The position numbers and the translations under genes were made by a program. Shown here in pieces: positions 21,926-30,993 of a stretch of 64,000 nucleotides of DNA. Position 1 is the first letter of the stretch; each line of letters opens with the position of its first letter. Source of the DNA: Candidatus Ozemobacteraceae bacterium (GTDB taxonomy: Bacteria; Muiribacteriota; Ozemobacteria; Ozemobacterales; Ozemobacteraceae). The stretch covers positions 1,856,001 to 1,920,000 of the forward strand of contig OZ223236.1 of the NCBI GenBank assembly GCA_965140445.1, in the 5' to 3' direction. The notes below the pieces were generated by a model that had not been told where the DNA came from, searched no databases, and was given only the letters and a program-made list of their open reading frames with translations.

Positions 21926-21954
21926 AAGATTGTCCAAGGATTTATAGATGCGGA

Positions 21955-21983
21955 AGTCTAACACTTGGATTTTTTTGCGTCAA
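21955..21983 (-). promoter_or_regulatory. Sigma70-type promoter of the LPS-core/pyrG operon
   Basis: Minus strand TTGACG-17 nt-TAGACT with a TG extension. Confidence 0.65.
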
Positions 21984-22128
21984 GATTGGATAGAATGTGG
22001 GGATTTTTTTGTATCCTGAAACAATTGGAAAAGCTTCAAAATTTATAAATCTTTCAGTTATATGCTACGTTTGATTAAGAAGAATTTTATCAGCAATATT
22101 CAGAAGCCTCTACAGGGGATCAGGTCAG

Positions 22129-22157
22129 TTGACCATTGGTGGGTAGACTGTTATAGT
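22129..22157 (+). promoter_or_regulatory. Sigma70-type promoter
   Basis: TTGACC-17 nt-TATAGT with extended TG. Confidence 0.7.
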
Positions 22158-22198
22158 GTATGGGCTTTCCTGTTTTAAGACCTACTAGGAGATTACTT

Positions 22199-23293
22199 AT
22201 GAAAAAGACTGCCAGACTTATTAGCCTACTTTTGTTTGTAGCATTTATTGCCACCTTAAATGGTTGTGGCCCTAAAAAAGTTGAAAAGAAGGCTGGACCC
22301 CTTGAGGTGGTTCACTTTAATAAAGCGAAAGCTTTACCAGATGAAAATATTACGGCAATGGCGGCCTTTGGTGGTCAGGTTTGGGCAGGAAGCAAGAATG
22401 GTTTATTTTGTTACGACAGCGTGAATTGGAAAATTCATGTCAAAAAGAATACAAATGTTTTGGGTTCTAACTTGATTGAAAGTCTCAAAGTATCTGATGG
22501 CGTTCTTTGGATTGCTACTGATAATGGTGCTTGCAGGTTTGATGGAAATAGCTGGAGTTCTTTATATACAGGTGGAAGGGCTCGTTCTGTTTCCGGAAAA
22601 GGCAGTGAAGTTGCAATTGCAACCGCTCATGGGGTGGAATACTCTACCGGCGGCGGTTTTCAAGCATACGGAAAGGAAAATGCCGGGCTTGTTTTTGAAG
22701 AAGCTACGGCAATCGGATTTGATGCAAACGGCAAACTCTGGGTTGGAACCCGGGCTGGTATGGCGCGTTTAACTTCCGGGGTTTTTCAAAACTTTACTGG
22801 TCCTCAGAAGTCCGTTATGGGTTCATCATTGGTAGATATTCCTCCAAGCCCATCAAATTGTCAGCTAATTGGAAACAATATAAAGGTTATCCATCCTTAC
22901 AACGGAATGCTCGCAATTGGAACTACCAGTGGCCTTTGTATTACAGACATGGAAGGCACCTGGAGAAATTATTATGCAACTCATAAGGATTGGGCACAAA
23001 GTGCTGGAAAAATAATTCAGCAGACCGTATCTGGAAACAGCCCATTACCTGGAAACAATGTTTTGTCGCTTGCTTCTTCTGAAAATGATGAGCTTCTTTT
23101 TGTAGGAACAAAGAAGGGACTGGCGATTTTGAACGGTAATAGCTGGATTGATACGACAGTCATGCTTAAGGACCTTCCATCTACCTCTATTTATGGCCTG
23201 GCGTATTTGAATGGGGATTTGTGGGTTGGCACTATGAATGGTGTATACCAGGTTAAAAACGTTGCTTCTCTAATTAAGAAAGCGGAAAAGTAA
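22199..23293 (+). CDS. Beta-propeller (Reg_prop-like repeat) lipoprotein
   Basis: AGGAG RBS, lipobox LNGC, repeated LW(V/I)GTxxGL blades. Confidence 0.8.
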   Translation: MKKTARLISLLLFVAFIATLNGCGPKKVEKKAGPLEVVHFNKAKALPDENITAMAAFGGQVWAGSKNGLFCYDSVNWKIHVKKNTNVLGSNLIESLKVSDGVLWIATDNGACRFDGNSWSSLYTGGRARSVSGKGSEVAIATAHGVEYSTGGGFQAYGKENAGLVFEEATAIGFDANGKLWVGTRAGMARLTSGVFQNFTGPQKSVMGSSLVDIPPSPSNCQLIGNNIKVIHPYNGMLAIGTTSGLCITDMEGTWRNYYATHKDWAQSAGKIIQQTVSGNSPLPGNNVLSLASSENDELLFVGTKKGLAILNGNSWIDTTVMLKDLPSTSIYGLAYLNGDLWVGTMNGVYQVKNVASLIKKAEK

Positions 23294-23311
23294 TTAATAA
23301 ATCAGGCAGTT

Positions 23312-23776
23312 ATGGCGTCAATCAAAGTAATCGTAAAAAAAACATTTCCATTTTTGCTTCTGGGAATCCCTGCGTTGTTATTGGGGCAAGAGCAGATAAC
23401 TGATTTTGTAGTAGCCTCATCCGCTGCAATAGATGTCTCAAAAGCTTCTGGCACTTCGCCACTGGAGTTTGTGACTCCTGAAATCAGGTTTGCAATGATG
23501 ACTCTTGGCATGGGAGGGCTAACTGGCTGGGCCGTCGGTTTTACCATGAAGAAGTTTGCAAAGTTAGCTGCTTTATGTGTTGGAATTGGGTTTATTAGTA
23601 TTCAATTTTTAGCTTTTCATAAATTTATAATTATTGACTGGGATAAGATTAAAACCGCCGTTCCGAATGAAAGTCTGCAAAGAACCTGGGTTGAAGCAAT
23701 GTCAATTTTAACTTTTAATCTCCCATTTGCGGGATCCTTTGTTGCTGGTTTTTTTCTAGGTTTTAGAAAAGGTTAA
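23312..23776 (+). CDS. FUN14-family membrane protein
   Basis: GGLTGWAVGFTMKKFAK, QFLAFHKFIIIDWDKI, NLPFAGSFVAGFFLG. Confidence 0.85.
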   Translation: MASIKVIVKKTFPFLLLGIPALLLGQEQITDFVVASSAAIDVSKASGTSPLEFVTPEIRFAMMTLGMGGLTGWAVGFTMKKFAKLAALCVGIGFISIQFLAFHKFIIIDWDKIKTAVPNESLQRTWVEAMSILTFNLPFAGSFVAGFFLGFRKG

Positions 23777-23809
23777 CCAAAAGATAAATTAGATATTTAA
23801 CAATTAATG

Positions 23810-23841
23810 AAAAAGCCCCAGGCGATATGCCTGGGGCTTTT
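23810..23841. terminator. Bidirectional intrinsic terminator
   Basis: aaaagccccaggc-gatat-gcctggggctttt. Confidence 0.9.
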
Positions 23842-23858
23842 AATTTTTCACACTTTTT

Positions 23859-24626
23859 TTATTTGGGATAAACCTTCATCAGGTTTTTAATTTCAATAGT
23901 ACCAGAAGAGATATTGGTTCGGTGAGTAATTCCATGAACCACAACTCTTTGATCAACGTAGTCTTTAAGTTTTTCATACCATTCATCTTCTGTGACATCC
24001 AAGCCTTTTGCTTTTCGGCCCATTCGATCTTCTTTTATATAAATTCTTTTATTTTTATGAACAATTTTGCCTCTTACAGTTTCTTCTTGAGTCCAAACCT
24101 GTACTGGTTCTTTTTCTTTTTTGTCACGCTTTCTATTTTTTCTATCACGCTTGCGATTACTTTTTTGTTCTGATTCCGGAAGATACTCATTGGCGTTTTT
24201 TACTTTTGTAACTGATTGAGCTGTCCAGAGCATTACTGGACCACCAATTGCTGATGGTGCTTTTGTTTTTACTTTTTCTTCATCTGCATTCACTTCATAT
24301 TCTGTTGCAACATTTCCCATTAAAACGGCGTTAACAACTGAGCCATAACCAACCTGATTTCTTCGGTTTCTTCTATTTTTTCCAGTTTCTTCTTTTGGGA
24401 GATCAAAGCTGATCCAACTTCCAGTGGCAATTGCCAGAGCGGGGTCGATTTCGCCATTGATGTGCAGAACTCTCATTGATACTCTATTGCGATAAACCGA
24501 CTCGATTTTTCCAATTGCATTTAATTCAATAACTGAAGAATCTGCAGTTATGCCACTGCTTGTTAAAACCGCTATTGTTATAAGTATTAGGGCACAAAGC
24601 CTAGTTGTTTTAGATACTAAATTCAC
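23859..24626 (-). CDS. Exported basic hypothetical protein
   Basis: AGGAG RBS before GTG 24626, signal-peptide-like N-terminus, Lys/Arg-rich linker. Confidence 0.7.
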   Translation of the reverse strand: MNLVSKTTRLCALILITIAVLTSSGITADSSVIELNAIGKIESVYRNRVSMRVLHINGEIDPALAIATGSWISFDLPKEETGKNRRNRRNQVGYGSVVNAVLMGNVATEYEVNADEEKVKTKAPSAIGGPVMLWTAQSVTKVKNANEYLPESEQKSNRKRDRKNRKRDKKEKEPVQVWTQEETVRGKIVHKNKRIYIKEDRMGRKAKGLDVTEDEWYEKLKDYVDQRVVVHGITHRTNISSGTIEIKNLMKVYPK

Positions 24627-24662
24627 AGTGAAGTCTCCTGAACTCAATTGATGATACCAAGA

Positions 24663-24691
24663 GTTATACCACAATAAATCTCAACGCGCAA
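24663..24691 (-). promoter_or_regulatory. Sigma70-type promoter
   Basis: Minus strand TTGCGC-17 nt-TATAAC with TG extension. Confidence 0.5.
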
Positions 24692-24893
24692 AACTGCAAA
24701 ATAGGAGTTGTTTAAGGAAAACAGAGTTTTTCCTTCATACAGAGATTAAATATCTGTTCCCAAAAAATGCATCCATCGGCTGTATGACATTTTTTGCTGA
24801 CAGGTTTTTGCTGGAGTTGATTGTGAATACTTTTAGGAAGATTTACCTAATGTTTTTAATGCAAATAAATAGCCCTGATGGTATCCTATTTTA

Positions 24894-26165
24894 ATGAACG
24901 GTAACGCTCCATCAAGTCAAGCAATAGAAAAACTGAAGGCCATATTTTTCCTTGGCATGAAGTGTAATCTGGTAACCTTGACTGGCATGGTTATTGTATG
25001 GATTGTTTTAGCCCGAACGGAGTGGGTAACTGGTTTCTGGGAAAATCTATTTACAATAATAGTTTTTGCTCCTGTATTTATGGGCGATGCAATTTGCAGT
25101 TATGGTCTTGGCAGAATAAAGCTGGAGCTTGAAAAACAATGGGACGATGTGCAGATAACTCAAAATGGAAGGGAAGCCGTAAATAAATACTTTTACTTAT
25201 GGCGCGCAATTTCATTTGTGCCAGCCATTTTGTTAGCAGCGGTTATGCTGGTATCTTTTCAATGGCCTGCAGAAAAAGTTCAATTAGTTAAGATTGCTTT
25301 CTTTGTCGGTTTTTCCCTTCATTTTTTAAGAAATACCATGTTTATGCAAAAATATTTTGCCCCAAGAATACCTGGTTTCGGTGGAAAGACTCTTTTTAAG
25401 AGAAGCTTTCTGGTTGCAAGCTTTTTTGCGTTGGCTTATTTATATTTGTGGTTTCGACCACATGCTTCGTTTTCAAAGCTGGAAATTCTATCTGTTGGGA
25501 TTGCATATTTCATAATTTGTGCAATTTTACAGCCTTTGCCTACTAAGTTTTCTTTGTTAAAACCTGGGAGGCGACCAAAAAGAAGGGCTTTCTTTGGCAT
25601 AGAGATTATACCGGAGAGCGAAATTCCCGCTTCTGAGTTAGGAAAAATTACTGAGACTTACGCCTCCTCAGAATCGGAAGAGCAACTTTCGTTCTGTAAT
25701 TTTATCAGGATGCCGTTACTAGAACTTCCATTGTTTCAGGCAAGTGGTCGGTTATGCATGGATTCCAACAAAAAAGCTGTTATTTTATTTCTTTTCTCTG
25801 AAGTCAGAAAAACAGTTCATAGATCAATTGTTTCATGGAAAGGGAATTCCCTTTTTGTAACTACAGACTTTGGCTCACCACAGGCTAAATTTCCAGCAAC
25901 TTTTGATTATAAGGATTATTCAAAAAAATTAGACCTAAAACAGCTACTTGATGAGCACTTCAGAGATGATGCTTTTGATCAAATAGATGAATCTAGCGTT
26001 TATTTAAAACTAGAAGCAGCTGTAAAAGAAATGATTGTTTTCCTGGAAACCGATTCTATAGCAAAAAAAGGTGGAGACATCAGCTCTGCCAATAAAGAAA
26101 AATTAGATACTTCTTCGGATATTGTAAATGGTGAACAAAATGCAAATGAATTACGAACAGACTGA
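24894..26165 (+). CDS. Membrane protein (about 6 TM segments plus soluble C-terminal domain), function unknown
   Basis: Long ORF with hydrophobic segments in the first ~215 aa. Overlaps the next gene. Confidence 0.75.
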   Translation: MNGNAPSSQAIEKLKAIFFLGMKCNLVTLTGMVIVWIVLARTEWVTGFWENLFTIIVFAPVFMGDAICSYGLGRIKLELEKQWDDVQITQNGREAVNKYFYLWRAISFVPAILLAAVMLVSFQWPAEKVQLVKIAFFVGFSLHFLRNTMFMQKYFAPRIPGFGGKTLFKRSFLVASFFALAYLYLWFRPHASFSKLEILSVGIAYFIICAILQPLPTKFSLLKPGRRPKRRAFFGIEIIPESEIPASELGKITETYASSESEEQLSFCNFIRMPLLELPLFQASGRLCMDSNKKAVILFLFSEVRKTVHRSIVSWKGNSLFVTTDFGSPQAKFPATFDYKDYSKKLDLKQLLDEHFRDDAFDQIDESSVYLKLEAAVKEMIVFLETDSIAKKGGDISSANKEKLDTSSDIVNGEQNANELRTD

Positions 26166-28515
26166 ACAGAAAGAGCTTTTTGAGGCCCCCGGGCTGTCTA
26201 TTGGAAAATCAATTAATTGGAAGATCTTTATTTTCCAGCTTGTTATTCTTAGTGCCGTAATTGGAGTAATGTCCTATTTTGAGCTCCTAAGATGGAAAAA
26301 CGTAAGTGATAGTTATGTAAATAAAAAGGTTGTAACCCTTGCAAAAACAATTGAGCCGCATGCTCGAAAACTGCTTGAGGCTGGGGATGTTGAGGGACTG
26401 CAGAGTCTTGCTTTGTCTTTGACCTCTGGGGAAATACCTGACAACGACGTTATCTCTGTTCTGATTCTTGACGCTCAGCATCAAAAACTAGCTGAATCTT
26501 CTCCCCAAATTGTTCAATCTGAGCAAGGTTTTGTTTATCTTCCAGCTACCGTGGTGGCCAGTACAGAAATAAAGGACCAGCAGGGTAAGATGGCAGTTGG
26601 AAACCTTCGAATTTTGTTTTCAAATCGCTTGTTTGAAGTTAAAAGCCGGGAAGTGATCAGGGCTGGAATTATGTTTTTTCTTTGTGGCCTAGTTTTAGTC
26701 GTTTTGTCGACAATATATTTTTCAAAAATCATAATCAGGCCAATCAGACAACTGGTTTCTGTTGCTCGAGACTTGACCAGGGGCAATTTGGAGAAAGTTG
26801 ATGATCTTCCAAACTCAAGCAATGTTGATGATCAGATTAAGGCATTTTATAAGATAAACTTATTATTAAACAATAATCTTGCTGATTTCCGACAAAGAAA
26901 TCGAATTCTTGACGGTAAGGTTTTCGAGCTTGATGCTCTTCAACAGATTGGCAGGTCATTAAGCTCTTTGATGGAGGTCGACAAAGTTTATGAAGCGATT
27001 GTCGATCATACCGTTAACTTTCTTGGCGGAGTTAGGGTATGTAACCTTTTTGAAGTTGACGAAGACAAAAATCAACTAGTTTTAAAAGTTTCAAAAGGGC
27101 TTGAAGCTTCTGATACAGGAACAAAGAAGTTTCAAGCTATTAATGAAGGAATAGAAGGAAAGGTTTTTGCTGGCGGTGAAGCTATTCTTCAAAATCATAT
27201 TATTGATAATTCTGACCATGAATCTTTGCCTGACACAGAAGAAAGTTGTTTATGTGTTCCAATCCGAAATGGCAATAAAATAAGTTGTCTTCTGAGTGTA
27301 AAAAACAGAATTTCTGGCACACTGTTTAATGATGATGACATGCGACTGGTTAAGGGAATTGCAAAAGAATCTGGTGTTGCGTTAAAGAATTCAAGAACAT
27401 ACAAGGATCTTAAGAAGAAAATTTTACAGCTAAATACATTGCATGAAGTGGGAAAAACCCTGGGAGTTGTTCTGGAAATAAATAAGCTCCTGGATCTTGT
27501 TATGGATTTAATTGTAAAAGTTTTGGGAGGCGTAAAAACCTGTTCAGTAATTCTTTATGATGAAGAAACCCAAGCCTTACAGGTAATGCTTTATAAGGGA
27601 AAAACTGGGATTGAAGCTTTACAGCCTATAAAAATTGGTGAAGGGATTGCAGGCAAGGTTTTTGAGAAGGGTGAACCAATCATAATTAATGATCATCTGG
27701 ATGAAGGTGTTTCAGTTGAAGATGATTCTGCGAGCAAAAACAAGGCAACTAGAAGCTCATTATGTGTTCCTTTAAAAGTAAAAGAGAAGCCAATAGGGGT
27801 TTTGTCTGTTTCAGATAAAAAAACTGGAGATCCTTTTGATGAAGGTGACTTGGAGATCCTTGTTACTTTGGCTCATCAAATTGCGGCAACCATTTACAGC
27901 GCCCAACTTTACGAAGATCTTGAAGCCAGCTATCTTTCAGCGGTTAGAGCTCTTGCAAACTCTCTCGATGCAAAAGATGCATATACTAGAGGCCATAGCG
28001 AAAGAGTTGCGCGTTATTCCATGGAAATTGGCCGTGTTATGAATTTAACTACTGACGAAATAAAGACCTTACATATTGGGGCTTTGTTGCATGATATAGG
28101 CAAAATTGGAATTTCAGAGTCAATTATTAACAAGAATTCTCGCTTGACGGATAATGAATTTGAAACGATTAAAACGCACCCCTCACGCGGTGCTTCAATA
28201 ATTGAGCCTGCAAAGTTTTTGAAAGAGAAATTGCCACTAATTAAATACCATCACGAAAGATTTGATGGAAAAGGTTATCCTGATGGTTTAAAGGGAACCG
28301 ATATCCCTTTGCTGGCTAGAATCATTTGCGTGGCAGATTCATATGATGCAATGACTAGCAAGAGGGCTTACAGAGATACAATGCCAAGGATTGAAGCAAG
28401 GAATGAGCTGGTTCGATGTTCCGGCACCCAATTTGATCCAAAAGTTGTAACGGCCTTCTTGGATGTTTTGACGGATGAAAATAAGTTGGAAGCTATTGAG
28501 AAACTGGGGAAATAA
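26128..28515 (+). CDS. Membrane-anchored HAMP-GAF-GAF-HD-GYP c-di-GMP phosphodiesterase
   Basis: Two TM helices, HAMP (IIRPIRQL), two GAF repeats (GEGIAGKVFEKGEPII, SLCVPL), YTRGHSERV, LLHDIGK, HHERFDGKGYPDGL, VADSYDAM. Confidence 0.92.
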   Translation: MVNKMQMNYEQTEQKELFEAPGLSIGKSINWKIFIFQLVILSAVIGVMSYFELLRWKNVSDSYVNKKVVTLAKTIEPHARKLLEAGDVEGLQSLALSLTSGEIPDNDVISVLILDAQHQKLAESSPQIVQSEQGFVYLPATVVASTEIKDQQGKMAVGNLRILFSNRLFEVKSREVIRAGIMFFLCGLVLVVLSTIYFSKIIIRPIRQLVSVARDLTRGNLEKVDDLPNSSNVDDQIKAFYKINLLLNNNLADFRQRNRILDGKVFELDALQQIGRSLSSLMEVDKVYEAIVDHTVNFLGGVRVCNLFEVDEDKNQLVLKVSKGLEASDTGTKKFQAINEGIEGKVFAGGEAILQNHIIDNSDHESLPDTEESCLCVPIRNGNKISCLLSVKNRISGTLFNDDDMRLVKGIAKESGVALKNSRTYKDLKKKILQLNTLHEVGKTLGVVLEINKLLDLVMDLIVKVLGGVKTCSVILYDEETQALQVMLYKGKTGIEALQPIKIGEGIAGKVFEKGEPIIINDHLDEGVSVEDDSASKNKATRSSLCVPLKVKEKPIGVLSVSDKKTGDPFDEGDLEILVTLAHQIAATIYSAQLYEDLEASYLSAVRALANSLDAKDAYTRGHSERVARYSMEIGRVMNLTTDEIKTLHIGALLHDIGKIGISESIINKNSRLTDNEFETIKTHPSRGASIIEPAKFLKEKLPLIKYHHERFDGKGYPDGLKGTDIPLLARIICVADSYDAMTSKRAYRDTMPRIEARNELVRCSGTQFDPKVVTAFLDVLTDENKLEAIEKLGK

Positions 28516-30596
28516 TGGAGCGAATCTGGACCTTAAAGACAGTCCCTGAGGAAAAGCTGGAAAGATTAAAAAATACAGGTTTTCCTCCGATTTTTCTGAG
28601 CATATTAATCAACAGAGGAATTGATACCGAAGAGGCGATTGAGAAGTATTTTGTGCCTAAAAGCCGGTTCCTTTTTTCACCTTTTATGCTCGATGGAGTC
28701 TGCAAAGCAGTAAAAAGAATTTTTAGAGCCATAAAATCCGAAGAAGGAATAAGGGTTTATGGTGATAGGGATGTGGATGGAATAACTTCAACAGTTCTGC
28801 TTGTTGAGACTTTACGAACTTTTTCTAATAAGGTTGACTATACTGTTCCGGTTATTGAAGATGGTTATGGCTTGAACCCAGACTATATAGATGCTGCAGT
28901 GAAAGATGGTGTAACGCTTATTATCACTGTGGATTGTGGAATTTCAAATATTGAAGAGGTTGAATACGCAAGAAGCAAAGGGATTGATGTTGTTATAACT
29001 GATCACCATGAGGCTCCTGCAGAGCTTCCAAAAGCTTATGCAATAATCGATCCGAAAATTCATGGCAGTTGTTGTCCTCAAAATAATATTGCTGGGGTTG
29101 GAGTCGCTTTTAAGACGGCCCTTGCACTTGAAATGGCCAGATCCAAGTCTCTTACACGGCCTGTTTATGCTTTTGATTTTAGGAACAATCAGGTTGATGT
29201 GGTAAGGTTTACACCCCAGGAAGGTTTTTCTGAACCAATGGCTCTTGATTTTGATGCTCTCTACGGAAAAACTCTCCTGTTCTTCAATGAAGAAGAACAA
29301 AAAGTTATTGGCGAGATGTTTCCTGCTGTTTTAAAAAACACAGATGTGGGAGAGGCTGGCGAACCAATTTTTCTGGAAAAAGTTTTCACCAATTGCATGC
29401 CTGAGATAAAAAATCCTTCAAAAAGTGAAATTGCAAAGGAACTTAATCTGGAAGATTTTGCTCCAGCAAAATCACTGCTTTTGTCTTATTTAAAATGTCT
29501 TGAATCAAAAACTCCTGGTGTAAAAGCTCTATGGAAGAGAAGCCTTGATGTATTAACCATAGGAACTATTGCAGATATGGTTCCGTTGCGTGGTGAAAAT
29601 AGGGCATTTACACAGATGGGATTAAAGTTTGTTGGAAAAACATCAAGAATTGGTCTTCAAAATCTCTTTTCTTTATTGGGCTGGCAAAATAAGAAGGTTC
29701 TTGAAAGAGATATCAGCTTTAGTATTGCTCCGATATTGAATTCCTCTGGAAGGCTGAAAACAGCAGAGTTGGCTATTGAGCTGTTGACAACTGAGCATAG
29801 CCCAAGGGCAGAAAACCTGGCTTCCGAACTTTTTGCATTGAATGATGAAAGAAAGAAGTTGGGCGAAGAATGCTATCGGGAAGTAAAAGATTTTCTTATT
29901 GCTCAGAACGATTTGCAAAATGACAAGTTGCTTATGGTAGCTGCTCCAATAAAGAATCAAGGGGTAACGGGTATTGTTGCTACAAGATTGATGTTAGATT
30001 ATTGCCGGCCTGTTATTGTCTTACTTGAAGATCAGGGCAACTTTTTAGGCTCTGCAAGAAGCTTTAAAGAGATTAATATTATTAGTGCCTTGAACTATTG
30101 TTCAGAACTCCTGGAAAAGTATGGCGGGCACATTGGAGCTGCAGGTTTAACTATCTCTACAGGCAACATTGATGCTTTCCGAACAAAGCTTAGAGAATAT
30201 GCATCTACAAATATTTCTGATAAAGATTTGCAGCCAGAGTGGAGAATTGATTATAAAGTCGAAATTGATGATATTGATGATCAGTTCATGAATGATCTAT
30301 TGAAGTTTTCTCCATTTGGTATTGAAAATCCTGCACCGTTATTTTTAGCTGAAAATGTGTCTTTTTATGAAATTAGAAAAGTTGGTGAGACAAAGGCTCA
30401 TTTGAGGTTTAAGGTTAGAAAGGGTGGGGGAAGACATATTTTTGGAATTGGATTTAATATGGGTGATATAATGGTACCTGATATAATCAGAGACGGAACA
30501 TGCGATATCGTATTTCATGTCGAGCCAAATGATTATAATGGAGTTAGATCAGCTCAGTTAATGGTTTGTGACTGTAAAATTAGAGGTTTTAAATGA
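28515..30596 (+). CDS. recJ: ssDNA-specific exonuclease RecJ with a ~130-aa internal insertion
   Basis: GDRDVDG, TVDCG, TDHH, GTIADMVPL, GSARS, GGHIGAAG, PFGIENPAP. Confidence 0.93.
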   Translation: MERIWTLKTVPEEKLERLKNTGFPPIFLSILINRGIDTEEAIEKYFVPKSRFLFSPFMLDGVCKAVKRIFRAIKSEEGIRVYGDRDVDGITSTVLLVETLRTFSNKVDYTVPVIEDGYGLNPDYIDAAVKDGVTLIITVDCGISNIEEVEYARSKGIDVVITDHHEAPAELPKAYAIIDPKIHGSCCPQNNIAGVGVAFKTALALEMARSKSLTRPVYAFDFRNNQVDVVRFTPQEGFSEPMALDFDALYGKTLLFFNEEEQKVIGEMFPAVLKNTDVGEAGEPIFLEKVFTNCMPEIKNPSKSEIAKELNLEDFAPAKSLLLSYLKCLESKTPGVKALWKRSLDVLTIGTIADMVPLRGENRAFTQMGLKFVGKTSRIGLQNLFSLLGWQNKKVLERDISFSIAPILNSSGRLKTAELAIELLTTEHSPRAENLASELFALNDERKKLGEECYREVKDFLIAQNDLQNDKLLMVAAPIKNQGVTGIVATRLMLDYCRPVIVLLEDQGNFLGSARSFKEINIISALNYCSELLEKYGGHIGAAGLTISTGNIDAFRTKLREYASTNISDKDLQPEWRIDYKVEIDDIDDQFMNDLLKFSPFGIENPAPLFLAENVSFYEIRKVGETKAHLRFKVRKGGGRHIFGIGFNMGDIMVPDIIRDGTCDIVFHVEPNDYNGVRSAQLMVCDCKIRGFK

Positions 30597-30606
30597 TGGG
30601 GGATTT

Positions 30607-30915
30607 ATGGAAATCTTAGAAAAACCACCATTGGATCGTTACGATTTTTCACGAATGGAAAATATGTGGAAAAGACTGGTTTTTGAAGTCATTGCAGAAA
30701 TGATCGAGAACCACGAAATGTGTGATTGCCAGGATTGCATACTTGATACCGCGGCTCTTGCGTTGAATAAGTTACCATCCACTTACTGGATTTTGGGAAC
30801 CTATGATGCATTTATGCCGCCAGAAAAGTTTTATGAGGATACGATGAATCTAAGATTGGCAGAGGAAGCTGTGCTTCAGGCCTATCGAATGGTTCAACAA
30901 AACCCTCACCACTAG
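30607..30915 (+). CDS. comFB: ComFB-family protein (Zn-binding, c-di-NMP receptor family)
   Basis: ENM...CDCQDCILDTAALALNKLPSTY...VQQNPHH. GGGGGA RBS before ATG 30607. Confidence 0.85.
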   Translation: MEILEKPPLDRYDFSRMENMWKRLVFEVIAEMIENHEMCDCQDCILDTAALALNKLPSTYWILGTYDAFMPPEKFYEDTMNLRLAEEAVLQAYRMVQQNPHH

Positions 30916-30943
30916 TTTTTTTTGATTAAAGAAAAATGGTAAA

Positions 30944-30977
30944 AGAAAATCCGCCACAATCTGTGGCGGATTTTTCT
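30944..30977. terminator. Bidirectional intrinsic terminator
   Basis: agaaaatccgccaca-atc-tgtggcggatttttct. Confidence 0.9.
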
Positions 30978-30993
30978 ATATTTTGTTAACTAC

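Noticed and set aside
24692..24893. Possible c-di-GMP riboswitch upstream of the HD-GYP operon
   Set aside because: Only short weak hairpins. No GEMM-like conserved motifs recognised. An Rfam scan would settle it.
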